DNA of 64,000 nucleotides from Candidatus Pacebacteria bacterium UBA6180 (lineage in GTDB: Bacteria; Patescibacteriota; Microgenomatia; UBA1400; PJMF01), in NCBI GenBank assembly GCA_002422165.1, contig DITQ01000010.1, positions 56,595 through 120,594 of the forward strand, given 5' to 3'. Positions 50,302 through 59,875 of the stretch are shown here, piece after piece. The position numbers and the translations under genes were made by a program. The notes below the pieces were generated by a model. It was not told where the DNA came from, did no database searches, and was given only the letters and a program-made list of their open reading frames with translations. Every line of letters starts with the position of its first letter. Position 1 is the first letter of the stretch.

Positions 50302-53031
50302 GTGTTTACTACTCTGAGGAAGAAAATACTTGGCTTGTTGCCTCGCAGGTGGCGTGTTTATTTCATGCGTAGTCGTCGTGTCGTTTCCACTGAAAGCAAA
50401 AAACTATTGAAGGTCAAGCGCCTGCGCTTATTGGCCATCGGCTTTTTGGGCCTAGTGATCTTGGGCATGATTGGTTTCCTGATCATGTTTGCCTGGTATT
50501 CCAGAGAATTACCTAAGCCTGGTGAAGTGGTGAGGCGAGAAGGTTTTAGCAGCAAAATTTATGATCGTGATGGGCAACTGCTTTACGACTTGTTTGAAGA
50601 AGAGCGTCGCAACCCAATCAAATTGGCCGACGTGCCAGTAGACCTTAGAAACGCCACAGTGGCGATCGAGGACCGCGACTTCTACAAGCACAAAGGTTTT
50701 GATTTCATGACCATCGTGCGCATTCCTTATAACCTACTTTTTCGTCAGCGAGTGGTCGGTGGCTCTACTCTGACTCAGCAATTGGTCAAAAATGTCCTCC
50801 TTACCAACGAAAAAACTATCACTCGCAAATTCAAAGAGTTCGTCATTTCCGTGCAGATTGAGCGTAAGTTTAGCAAAGATGAAATTTTGGAAATGTATCT
50901 CAATGAGGCTCCTTATGGTGGTAATGGTTGGGGGGTCGGTACAGCGGTCGAAATTTACTTCAACAAGCCACTGACAGAATTGACCTTGCTAGAATCAGCT
51001 TTCTTAGCTGGTTTACCTCAAAGGCCTAGCGTCTATTCACCATATTCTGGAATTTTAGATGACGATGGGAAACCCTACTGGCAATTGCGCACTCGCGCTG
51101 TGTTGGCGGCGATGAAGGATAATGACTACATTACTGAAGCAGCTTACCAGGACGCCCTCTCGTCCATAGAAAACCTCAAGTTTGAGCGGGCTGTTTCCCA
51201 GATCAAAGCTCCGCACTTTGTTTTTTACGTCCGCTCCAAACTCGAAGAATTATTTGGTAGTGAACTAGTCAGTCGTGGTGGTTTGAGAGTAACCACTTCA
51301 CTTGACTGGAAGTTACAGGAAAAGACCCAGATGGTAGTGATGGAAGAAGTGGAGACAGTTACTAAATACAACATAAGCAATGGCGCTGCCCTGGCCATGA
51401 ATCCACGCAGTGGTGAGATTTTGGCGATGGTTGGCAGTAAAGATTATTTCGACTCTGAAATTGGCGGTCAATACAATGTAGCAGTCGACGCTTTGCGTCA
51501 GCCTGGTTCGGCGATCAAGCCGATCACTTACCTGGGGATGATTCAGCAGGGTTATAACCCAGCTTCGATGTTGATGGATGTGCAGACCACCTTCAACCGC
51601 AACGATCGTGAGCAACCCTACACCCCCAGAAACTACGACGGTGTTTTTCGCGGCCCAGTTAACCTGCGCGAATCGCTTGGCAGCTCACTCAACATTCCTG
51701 CGGTCAAATCTTTGGCGATTATTGGTCTAGATCACTTTCTCAACTTAGCCTACAGCATGGGTCTAGAAACTTTGCAGCCAACCAAGGAAAATTTGCAGCG
51801 TTTCGGTTTGGCGGTGACTTTGGGAGGTGCAGAGGTAAAAATGATTGATTTAGTGACAGCTTACAGCTCTTTTGCCAATGGTGGAATTAAGGTTGAGCCA
51901 GTTTCTATCCTGCGCGTCGAAGATTCAGATGGCAAATTGCTCTACGAGCATCGTCCAGTCGAGGGTCCGCGAATTATTGACGAAGGTGAAACTTTCATCA
52001 TCAACGATATTTTGTCTGATAACAACGCTCGTCTGCTGGCCTTTGGTGCTAATTCTCTACTCAACACTGGCAAACCTATCGCAGTTAAGACTGGTACAAC
52101 CAACAGCATGAAAGACAACTGGACGATTGGCTGGAGTCAAGAAGTGATCGTTGGCACTTGGGTGGGTAATAATGACGGCACAGCCATGAGCTACGTGGCC
52201 TCTGGTATTACTGGTGCCTCCCCAATTTGGCGACGGATTATTTTTGCAGCGCTCGATCTTGGTTATCAAGCTCCAGAATGGAAAATGCCAGATAATGTGG
52301 AGCGAGTTGAGCTGGATGCTTTGTCTGGTTTTCGTAGTCACGATAATTTCCCAAGTCGCTGGGACTTTGTTATCAAGGGTACCCTCAGTAATGAACTTGA
52401 CCCGATCCATCGATTACTGCGTGTTTGCAAGGGCGAGGAGCATAAGCTAGCTACGGAAGCCAAGATTTCCGCCGGCGACTCGGTCGAAAAGGAATTTATT
52501 ACCTTGCGCGAAGATGATCCTTTCAGTGAAGATGGTCGCAATCGCTGGCAGGAAGGCATCGATGCTTGGCTTAGTTCACAAACCGATTCACGCTACGGCA
52601 ACCCCACCGAGTATTGCGGTGAAGAGTCAGACGTCAGCGTTAGTTTGAATCGTCCCAAAAACGAAGAAAACTTCGATGGTGAAAAAATTGCTTATCAAAT
52701 CAAGGCAGGTAGTGATGATGGTATCGCCAAGATTGAACTGTACGTCAAGAAAGAAGGTGGTGATTACAAGCTCGAAAAAACCTTTGACAACGAACGCGAA
52801 GTCGCTGCAGAAATCGAACTCAAGCGTGGCAAGTACGAACTCTACGCTAAGGCTTATTCACGCGGCGGCAAAACAAAAGAAAGCTCCAAGGTCAAAATCG
52901 GCACTGGTGGGATGGCCTGGGATTTCAAAGAGCCAACTCCAACCCCTTCACCTACCCCAACTCCCACAGTTATTCCAACTCTTAGTGTAACTGTGAGCCC
53001 GACCGTTTCCCCCACTCCAAAAGACGATTAG
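50302..53031 (+). CDS. Class A penicillin-binding protein (transglycosylase/transpeptidase) with Ig-like and PT tail
   Basis: AIEDRDF, GGSTLTQQLVKN, RQPGSAIKP, SLN, KTGT. Confidence 0.95.
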   Translation: MFTTLRKKILGLLPRRWRVYFMRSRRVVSTESKKLLKVKRLRLLAIGFLGLVILGMIGFLIMFAWYSRELPKPGEVVRREGFSSKIYDRDGQLLYDLFEEERRNPIKLADVPVDLRNATVAIEDRDFYKHKGFDFMTIVRIPYNLLFRQRVVGGSTLTQQLVKNVLLTNEKTITRKFKEFVISVQIERKFSKDEILEMYLNEAPYGGNGWGVGTAVEIYFNKPLTELTLLESAFLAGLPQRPSVYSPYSGILDDDGKPYWQLRTRAVLAAMKDNDYITEAAYQDALSSIENLKFERAVSQIKAPHFVFYVRSKLEELFGSELVSRGGLRVTTSLDWKLQEKTQMVVMEEVETVTKYNISNGAALAMNPRSGEILAMVGSKDYFDSEIGGQYNVAVDALRQPGSAIKPITYLGMIQQGYNPASMLMDVQTTFNRNDREQPYTPRNYDGVFRGPVNLRESLGSSLNIPAVKSLAIIGLDHFLNLAYSMGLETLQPTKENLQRFGLAVTLGGAEVKMIDLVTAYSSFANGGIKVEPVSILRVEDSDGKLLYEHRPVEGPRIIDEGETFIINDILSDNNARLLAFGANSLLNTGKPIAVKTGTTNSMKDNWTIGWSQEVIVGTWVGNNDGTAMSYVASGITGASPIWRRIIFAALDLGYQAPEWKMPDNVERVELDALSGFRSHDNFPSRWDFVIKGTLSNELDPIHRLLRVCKGEEHKLATEAKISAGDSVEKEFITLREDDPFSEDGRNRWQEGIDAWLSSQTDSRYGNPTEYCGEESDVSVSLNRPKNEENFDGEKIAYQIKAGSDDGIAKIELYVKKEGGDYKLEKTFDNEREVAAEIELKRGKYELYAKAYSRGGKTKESSKVKIGTGGMAWDFKEPTPTPSPTPTPTVIPTLSVTVSPTVSPTPKDD

Positions 53032-53035
53032 TTTC

Positions 53036-54274
53036 CTAAATTAGCAAATAAAACAATGCTGTCAAGCCCAAGCCTGAAAACTGGGTTAGCAGATAGTGAT
53101 CCAGGCTGGCGATGGCCAGAAGTATAAGGGTTTTTTGGTAAAAGCGCTCAATCTTGACTTGTCTGATTAGGAAAAACAAAATTATTAACAACAGTAAACC
53201 TCCCTCACTTAAGATTAAAAATAGCAAATTGTGAACTGGTTGAACGAAGCGCACGATTTCCTGATTGATGGCAGCGCCAGCGTATTTTTCGACTTGAATA
53301 GTGAAATTATTGATGCCCACTCCAAAAAGTGGGTTAGCTTCAAACATAGCGAAGGCAGCCTGGTTGAGGGCGTTGCGGCGGTTAACCGAATTTGTGTCTA
53401 GTTTGCCGTATACGCTTCCACTTAGTAGGTAGGGCAAGAAAAGCAGAAAAAAATAATAAGTGATAAACAAAATAGCTTTTTTGGCCTTGATGCGATCGAG
53501 CAACAAATAGAGCCCAAATAAGCCAAGGGTAAGCAAGGCTGAGAAAGACTGGGTCAGGAAAATAATTAGCAAAGCGTTCGCCAGCAAGAGGACTTGCGCT
53601 TTAATGGAGCCTTTGCTCTTGTTGATGAGTAAAATCGACAAAATAGTGATCAGTCCAGCCAAAACATTGGGATGAGCGAGAGTACCATAGGGCAAAATGC
53701 GTTCGCCGAAGGCAAATTGCGCCCGACTGATGTTGGCCAGATCGCGCAGATTAGTCTCGCCCAGGAATTGGTAAGCCAAAAGCGACTGCTGAAAGACGAA
53801 TTGATAAACCGCCAAGAGACTCTGAAAAATGACCACTGCCAAGAGCGAACTGAGGATAAACTTCTCTGCCCTCTTGGTTTTGAAAAGTGGGTTGGATCTA
53901 ACCACGCTAAAAAATAAGAAAACTTCCAGCAAATGGATCAAGTGGGTAAAAGCAGCCAAGGCAGAAGTGCTGAAAAGCTGCCGCAGCAGTAGCAGTATGA
54001 CCAATAGGCAAAAAAAAGTGTTGAGCTTGATCTTTTTGAGCTGGTGCAAGTTCAGAAGTAGAAAAGGAAGCAGAAAAATTTCCGCTAGGTAGAATTTGGG
54101 AATTAGATAATCTATTAGTAAGCCGTGGACGTAGGCGCCATCGAGCGAGATCTTGTAAAACAAATTGAGACTAAAAGTAAAAATGATGAAAAAAAGCAAA
54201 AACAAGTGCAATAAGTCAAGATTGCTTTGAACAAAAGATTTAAATTTCCCCCACCAGTTTAGCTTTGAATTCAT
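53036..54274 (-). CDS. O-antigen ligase / O-oligosaccharyltransferase family protein
   Basis: Multi-TM; YGTLAHPN, PLFGVGINNF, VHNLLFLILSEGG. Confidence 0.85.
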   Translation of the reverse strand: MNSKLNWWGKFKSFVQSNLDLLHLFLLFFIIFTFSLNLFYKISLDGAYVHGLLIDYLIPKFYLAEIFLLPFLLLNLHQLKKIKLNTFFCLLVILLLLRQLFSTSALAAFTHLIHLLEVFLFFSVVRSNPLFKTKRAEKFILSSLLAVVIFQSLLAVYQFVFQQSLLAYQFLGETNLRDLANISRAQFAFGERILPYGTLAHPNVLAGLITILSILLINKSKGSIKAQVLLLANALLIIFLTQSFSALLTLGLFGLYLLLDRIKAKKAILFITYYFFLLFLPYLLSGSVYGKLDTNSVNRRNALNQAAFAMFEANPLFGVGINNFTIQVEKYAGAAINQEIVRFVQPVHNLLFLILSEGGLLLLIILFFLIRQVKIERFYQKTLILLAIASLDHYLLTQFSGLGLTALFYLLI

Positions 54275-56246
54275 CTTGGCCTACCTTGACAAGCTTCTGC
54301 CTAATGGGCTCGACTGCTTCATTGCTGATATTATCCTTTTTGTCCTGAAAAATAAAGCTAAAACTGTAGTTGTTTTGGTAAATGTCCAACAACTCGACTT
54401 GCTTGATGCGCTCGTCAACCGATTTGAAGCGAGCTATTAGTTCGCCCACTGCGATGCCGTCAGGTAAAGTAAAAGTCATTTCTTCGCTGATGGCAGCGGT
54501 TTTGATGAGCTTCTGGTAGCGAGGGTAGCGCTTGGCTACTTGCAGCAAGGCTTGCCAATTGAGTTCTAGAGCGGTGGACTTGTTTTTTAGCAACTGCAGC
54601 GAGCCAATGTTAGTTTTAGTTTTACCGTATTTAACGATCAAATCGGCCTCTTGTCTGGCAAGCGGCGAGCTGATGTCTTTTTTAATTTTCTCCTGTGTCA
54701 GCAGCTCGCCGCCATTAGCAAAAACGAACAGGCGCGCCAAGAGGTTTTCTAGAGCGCCCTTGACTTGGCGGTAAGGCTTGGTAGAAAGCATGGTCAACAT
54801 TAATGGCTGCTCTGGCAGATCTCCTAGTTGAGGGTGGTAAACACAAGCCAATTCGAAAATAGACATGTCTTTGCGACTTGGGTTGGTGGCGACAATTTCC
54901 AGAAGCGACGGGATGAGGCTGCGCCGCAAGTAGGTGTTTTCTTCTTTGAGCGGGTTGGCAAGCTTGAGGTGCTGGTCAAGGGTGAAGCCAGCCTCCAGCG
55001 CTTGGCTCGCGCTTACTAGTGAATAGCTGTAAATTTCCTGCCAGCCTAAGTTGGCCAGGAAATGTTTAACTAAATTTTCGAAATGATAATTGGTGCTTGG
55101 ATCGGTTTGAAGGGCTAATTCTCCAGGCATGAGGCGGCTAGGCAGATTGTGATAACCATAGATGCGAGCGAGCTCCTCGACCACGTCGGCAGGAATTTCG
55201 ATGTCCGGTCGGAAAGTCGGCGGAGTGACGACAATGTAGCTAGGCTCAATTTTTACCAGACAGCTGAGGTCAGTCAAAATTTCTTTGATTTCCCCATCAC
55301 TTAGTTTAACCCCAAGGTAATTTTCGACTGTTTGCTTAGTAACTTTGACCGGTTTAGGTTTGATCTGACCAGGGAAATAATCATAGAGTGCTGAAGCAAC
55401 TTTGGCGCCACAGAGTTTCTCAAGCAGGGCGACGCCGCGCTGCAAAACCTCCAAAGCTAGGTGCGGATCGACGTTTTTTTCGTTGAGCTGGGCGGCGACT
55501 GTGCGAATGGCGTGCCCCATCGAAGCTTGGCGAACTTTTTTGGCATCGAGCGACTCGATCCAAAACAACACTGATTTGGTGTTAGTGTCGACGCCAGTGT
55601 TGAGCGTACCCTTGATCGCGGGTAAGTCGATAATTTCGCCGCTGACCGACTCGAAAACGATTTCTCCGCCCAGAGTCTCATGTTCCACCTCGTCGAGGGT
55701 GACGAATTTTTTACCTTTGCGTGCTTCGGTAATGATAATTTTGCCACCGAAGCTCATAACTTTGTCATAGTCAAATACGTGACAAGGGTGGCCAAGTTCG
55801 TGTGTGATGTAGTTACTGATGTCAATCAAAGCATCGTGGACGTTGACCTCGATGGCTCGCAGGCGTTCTTGCATGACTGTAGGACTTGGGCGTAGGGTCA
55901 AATCAGTCAGCACTACGCCCAAAACGCGGCGCACGGCGTCAGTTTGATAGACGATTTCTGGCAGTGGCAGGTTTTTGCTAGGATGCTGTTTGATTTCTGC
56001 CAGCTCGAGTGGCTTGAGCTTGGCGGCGATGCCGGCACGCTTGAGGATGGTGGCTGCTTCGCGAGCGATGCCTCGAACCGACATACTGTCGACGCGGTTA
56101 GTGGTGACTTCGATGTCGTAGACTTCGTCGTTATAAATCCGCTCCACCGACGGCCCACTCAGTGACAGATACTTCTGCAGGTCTTTTTTGCTGGCTTTAG
56201 TCTGGAGATGTTCACGCAGCCACTGGTCAGGAATGAGGATGTTCAT
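54240..56246 (-). CDS. pheT: Phenylalanine--tRNA ligase beta subunit (short form)
   Basis: TTNRVD, RPDIEIPADVVEELARIYGY, LRRSL. Confidence 0.95.
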   Translation of the reverse strand: MNILIPDQWLREHLQTKASKKDLQKYLSLSGPSVERIYNDEVYDIEVTTNRVDSMSVRGIAREAATILKRAGIAAKLKPLELAEIKQHPSKNLPLPEIVYQTDAVRRVLGVVLTDLTLRPSPTVMQERLRAIEVNVHDALIDISNYITHELGHPCHVFDYDKVMSFGGKIIITEARKGKKFVTLDEVEHETLGGEIVFESVSGEIIDLPAIKGTLNTGVDTNTKSVLFWIESLDAKKVRQASMGHAIRTVAAQLNEKNVDPHLALEVLQRGVALLEKLCGAKVASALYDYFPGQIKPKPVKVTKQTVENYLGVKLSDGEIKEILTDLSCLVKIEPSYIVVTPPTFRPDIEIPADVVEELARIYGYHNLPSRLMPGELALQTDPSTNYHFENLVKHFLANLGWQEIYSYSLVSASQALEAGFTLDQHLKLANPLKEENTYLRRSLIPSLLEIVATNPSRKDMSIFELACVYHPQLGDLPEQPLMLTMLSTKPYRQVKGALENLLARLFVFANGGELLTQEKIKKDISSPLARQEADLIVKYGKTKTNIGSLQLLKNKSTALELNWQALLQVAKRYPRYQKLIKTAAISEEMTFTLPDGIAVGELIARFKSVDERIKQVELLDIYQNNYSFSFIFQDKKDNISNEAVEPIRQKLVKVGQDEFKAKLVGEI

Positions 56247-56266
56247 AAGTTTTAGTTTTTCGTTGT

Positions 56267-57316
56267 CTAAAATTGCTCCAAAAATTCTAAATTACCGCTG
56301 TAAAACAAGCGAATGTCATCGATGTTTAGACCTTCCTTGAGGGTGTAGGTGCGTTCGACTCCCCAACCGAAGGCGAAACCGGTGTAAATCTCTGGGTCAA
56401 TGCCACCAGCCTTGAGGACATTGGGGTGGACCATGCCGGCACCGCCAACTTCGTGCCAGCCAGATTTACAAAAACGACAATTTTCTTTGCCGCGCGAACC
56501 AGTGCCGCGGCAAATGTGGCAACTGAAGTCAACTTCGAAAGAAGGTTCGGTAAATTTGAAGTGAAAGGGGCGGATGCGGCTTTTGGTGCCTTTGCCATAA
56601 AACTGCTCGGCGAAATAATCGAGCGTACCCTTGAGGTGCTGGATATTGATGCCCTGATCGACCACCAAACCTTCGAACTGGTGAAACATCTGGGTGTGGG
56701 TGGCGTCGCTTTGGCGACGGTAAGTGCGAGCGATGTTGATCATGCGAATGGGCGGTTTGGACTTGAGGCGCTCCATCTCACGCACCTGTCCATTGGAGGT
56801 GTGGGTGGTGAGGACGACTTTGCCCATTTTCTGGTCAGCGGGAGTGTCGACGAAGAAAGTCTCCCACTCGTCGCGTGCGGGGTGGTTTTTAGGCATATTG
56901 AGGGCTTCGAAGACGTAATAATCGAAGTCAACTTCTGGATATCTGACTCGATTGAAGCCAATTTTTTCGAAAATCTGACTAATTTCTTCGATGGCTTGGG
57001 AAATTGGGTGTAGGTGACCTACTTTTTGCCGTTCTCCAGGCAGGCTGAGATCGAGATTGCTTCCTTGGCTTTTACCCTGCTGCTGCAGATTTTGCAGGTA
57101 GCTCTCGATTTTACCCTTAAGTGAATTGAGTTCTTGACCAAAAACTTTTTTTTGATCGTTAGATAAGTTTTTGATTTCAGCTCCAAGCTGTTTGAACAAG
57201 CCGTTTTTACCCAGATACTTGATGCGCAGGTCCTCTACTTGCGCTGGTTTTTCAGCGACAAGTTTTTGCCAGAGGGCTTGGCAAAGTTGGACTGGGTCGG
57301 CTTGAGTCATGATCAT
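56267..57316 (-). CDS. pheS: Phenylalanine--tRNA ligase alpha subunit
   Basis: HPARD, FHQFEG, FKFTEPS, GFAFGWGVER; start 57316 or 57310. Confidence 0.97.
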   Translation of the reverse strand: MIMTQADPVQLCQALWQKLVAEKPAQVEDLRIKYLGKNGLFKQLGAEIKNLSNDQKKVFGQELNSLKGKIESYLQNLQQQGKSQGSNLDLSLPGERQKVGHLHPISQAIEEISQIFEKIGFNRVRYPEVDFDYYVFEALNMPKNHPARDEWETFFVDTPADQKMGKVVLTTHTSNGQVREMERLKSKPPIRMINIARTYRRQSDATHTQMFHQFEGLVVDQGINIQHLKGTLDYFAEQFYGKGTKSRIRPFHFKFTEPSFEVDFSCHICRGTGSRGKENCRFCKSGWHEVGGAGMVHPNVLKAGGIDPEIYTGFAFGWGVERTYTLKEGLNIDDIRLFYSGNLEFLEQF

Positions 57317-57347
57317 TTTATATTCTAAAAATTTACCTTTAGTTTTA

Positions 57348-57516
57348 AAACACAGTTTCGTTCTTTAATTCAGTCCATTGAAGGCGCTGAGCTGCAGTGT
57401 AAACGAATTGCAATGCTCTTAGACAGCGCCTTCATTGAGTAAGAAGAAGATTGTTGATTTCAATGAAGCAAGCATTTTCGTCGCACGTGACTGGATTAAA
57501 GAACGAAACTGTGTTT
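57348..57516. repeat. Structured non-coding element, copy 2 (28-bp terminal inverted repeat, one mismatch, around a 113-nt core)
   Basis: aaacacagtttcgttctttaattcagtc (57348-57375) / gactggattaaagaacgaaactgtgttt (57489-57516); core homologous to 355-468. Confidence 0.8.
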
Positions 57517-57527
57517 GTATTATAACG

Positions 57528-57710
57528 CTAGATCTTAGCCAGGCCAAGCTCTTTTAGGTAAGCTAACAAGTATAATTCTGGAGAATTTGATTGAAACTGA
57601 GGGTGTTTTTGCATAATTTGTCCTAAACTCTTAGCCTTGGAGGCTAAGACCTGATAGGCTTTGGAAGCCGAATTTTTTTCTGAGTCGACAAAATGCGTGT
57701 TGTCTGGCAT
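57528..57710 (-). CDS. Small hypothetical protein
   Basis: 60 aa ATG ORF with AAGGA upstream; no recognised motif. Confidence 0.45.
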   Translation of the reverse strand: MPDNTHFVDSEKNSASKAYQVLASKAKSLGQIMQKHPQFQSNSPELYLLAYLKELGLAKI

Positions 57711-57786
57711 TTTTCGCTTCCTTTCTTTTTATTTAGAGTTTTCGCTTTCCGCCTCAGATGTTTTTTGAAACAAGGCCTATTAACGA

Positions 57787-57814
57787 AAAACCCCGCTTGG
57801 TGAAGCGGGGTTTT
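57787..57814. terminator. Intrinsic terminator downstream of rplT
   Basis: aaaaccccgctt-ggtg-aagcggggtttt. Confidence 0.85.
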
Positions 57815-57935
57815 GGTTTTACTTTAACTAATTTATGTACCAATTACCCCACTCTTCCCTTCATCAAGAAGCTTTGAAAAGAAATAATGGTGTGTTGGCG
57901 ACAAGCTTTGAACATTGAATTTATTATTTATACAC

Positions 57936-58289
57936 TTATTTTTGGGTTTTGGCAACAATTTCCTTAAAAGTGTCAAAATCTTTGACGGCGATCTCAGAAA
58001 GCATCTTGCGGTTGAGTTCAATCTTGGCAGTTTTGAGAGCCTTGATAAATCTGGAATAGTTGAGACTCTCACCAATTGATTTGACAGCGGCGGTGATGCG
58101 GACGATCCACAAGCGACGAATATCTCTTTTGCGCAATTTGCGACCAATGTAGGCGTATTGGCCAGCGTGAAGCAGGGCTTCATGAGCGCGTTTGTAGAGG
58201 CGGTTATTGGTGCCACGAAAACCCTTGGTGAGTTTCAGGACTTTTTTGTGGCGTTTGTGACGAACAACGCTAGTTTTGGTTCTGGACAT
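57936..58289 (-). CDS. rplT: 50S ribosomal protein L20
   Basis: RKLRKRDIRRLWIVRI, YSRFI, LNRKMLSEIA. Confidence 0.97.
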   Translation of the reverse strand: MSRTKTSVVRHKRHKKVLKLTKGFRGTNNRLYKRAHEALLHAGQYAYIGRKLRKRDIRRLWIVRITAAVKSIGESLNYSRFIKALKTAKIELNRKMLSEIAVKDFDTFKEIVAKTQK

Positions 58290-58315
58290 AATCTAATCTT
58301 TCTAGTTGATGCAAC

Positions 58316-58519
58316 TTAGGCGAGACCAAGCATTTTCTTGATCTTCAGGGCAAATCTGCCGGTGACTTCGACTGGAATGCGGTAATTTCTAATGGCTTTT
58401 TTGCTTTTGTTCTTGCGCAAGTGGCGGCGGTTTTGGATGCGACGCATGACCTTACCGGTGGCTGTCAAATGAAAACGTCTAGCGACGCCTTTTCTGGTTT
58501 TTACTTTGATTTTTTTCAT
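58316..58519 (-). CDS. rpmI: 50S ribosomal protein L35
   Basis: KTRKGVARRFHLTATGK; infC-rpmI-rplT order. Confidence 0.93.
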   Translation of the reverse strand: MKKIKVKTRKGVARRFHLTATGKVMRRIQNRRHLRKNKSKKAIRNYRIPVEVTGRFALKIKKMLGLA

Positions 58520-58527
58520 AGTTTTCC

Positions 58528-59079
58528 CTATTTTTTCTTGCCAATTGGGTCGATTTGTGCTTGTAGCTTCTTGCCAAGCAGTTTTGGCTCGATGCCTACT
58601 TTGCCCAAATCTTCATTTTCTTTAAAAATCCTGTTAATGACCTCGAAGCCGAGATCTTTGCGGACAATTTGACGACCCTTGAAGGTTAATGTCAATTTGA
58701 CCTTGTTGCCCTTTTCCAAAAAGTCTCTAACCTTACGGTTGCGAGCTTCGAAATCTGCTTCGCCCATGAAGGGGGTGAAGCGCAGCTCCTTGAGTTCCAG
58801 AGTCTTGGACTTTTTGCGCGTATCAGCCGTCTTTTTCTTGAGCTGATACTTGTATTTTGAAAGTTCAATAATCTTAACGACCGGCGGGTTAGCCTTCTCA
58901 GTGACTAAGACCAGGTCACTTTCTAACTCCATGGCTTTGGCCAGGGCCTCGTTGGAAGACATCTCTCCCAAGGATTCCCCAGACTCGCTTAGAACATACA
59001 CTTTGGGAAAACGAACCTGATGATTCGCCTTCACATATATTTGTTCGCTTCTATTTTTGTTGTATTTTTTTCTAATCAC
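58528..59079 (-). CDS. infC: Translation initiation factor IF-3
   Basis: DLVLV..PPVVKI, KELRF, FLEKGNKVK; start likely GTG 59079 or ATT 59076 after TATAAT. Confidence 0.93.
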   Translation of the reverse strand: MIRKKYNKNRSEQIYVKANHQVRFPKVYVLSESGESLGEMSSNEALAKAMELESDLVLVTEKANPPVVKIIELSKYKYQLKKKTADTRKKSKTLELKELRFTPFMGEADFEARNRKVRDFLEKGNKVKLTLTFKGRQIVRKDLGFEVINRIFKENEDLGKVGIEPKLLGKKLQAQIDPIGKKK

Positions 59080-59169
59080 AAAAGATCGTTTATTATATAC
59101 CAATTGTTTAAAAATCTCGACGAGAGGAATTATAACCGATGAAGGCTGTTGTAGCAATTAGAGCTTGCG

Positions 59170-59289
59170 TTGCAAAAAGCGTGAGGGTCCGAAATTCGCG
59201 TTGCATCTTTCGTACCAAAAGGTCCGAAATTCGCGTTGCATCTTTCGTACCAGCTGCTTTTTGCCTTGCAAAAAGACAGGGTCCGAAAT
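59170..59289 (-). repeat. REP/BIME-like palindrome cluster, locus B
   Basis: Perfect 32-bp direct repeat ggtccgaaattcgcgttgcatctttcgtacca at 59186 and 59221; hairpin ctttttgc-ctt-gcaaaaag; partial third unit at 59279. Confidence 0.8.
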
Positions 59290-59312
59290 ATAATCACCAG
59301 TTGTTGTGAGTC

Positions 59313-59386
59313 GAGCTTGTAGCTCAGTTGGTTAGAGCGCTTCGTTGACATCGAAGAGGTCAGAGGTTCGAGTCCTCTCAAGCTCA
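59313..59386 (+). tRNA. tRNA-Val(GAC)
   Basis: gagcttg/caagctc acceptor; cttcg-ttGACat-cgaag anticodon arm; GTTCGA; CCA not encoded. Confidence 0.95.
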
Positions 59387-59421
59387 CGATTTTTCAAACC
59401 AGTAATATAAAAAATAATAAA

Positions 59422-59646
59422 ATGACAGAGCAAAATATCGTAGGTTCACCACATCGATTAACTTCAGAGGAAGAGGCTGTTTGCGCATCTCGGGTATATG
59501 ACCAAGAATATTTAAATAAAATTGCTATTTTAGCCAATGAAAGAGGTATACCTGCAAATGTAATAGCAAGGGTTGTTTTATCAATGAAGCGAAACGCTTC
59601 AACTCCACATCGCTGGAGAGACTCGAGTTCTATGAAGGGAGTTTAA
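59422..59646 (+). CDS. Small AT-rich hypothetical protein
   Basis: 74 aa ATG ORF after tRNA-Val. Confidence 0.45.
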   Translation: MTEQNIVGSPHRLTSEEEAVCASRVYDQEYLNKIAILANERGIPANVIARVVLSMKRNASTPHRWRDSSSMKGV

Positions 59647-59875
59647 ACTAATTTCTTTGGCAATTTTCACCCCATGGGAAACTCAATGGTTTTCAGCTCC
59701 AACTATATCAAATTATATCCAAATATGGTATAATATAGGCTGTTCTTTCGAAACTGTGGCGATCGCTGCCACTTGGTTTGCGTGAGCAAATCTTCGGAGG
59801 AACGATCTTTAATAAAAATCATCATCCAGGCTCGCGGAGCTTGGAGGTGATTAGACAAACGCATAAGGAGGCGTT

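Noticed and set aside
57317-57527. T-box leader for pheS
   Set aside because: No T-box consensus (GGTGGNACC) or terminator/antiterminator pair on the minus strand; the region is instead homologous to 331-492
59186-59289. CRISPR array
   Set aside because: Only two full repeats separated by 3 nt, no unique spacers, and no cas genes in the window
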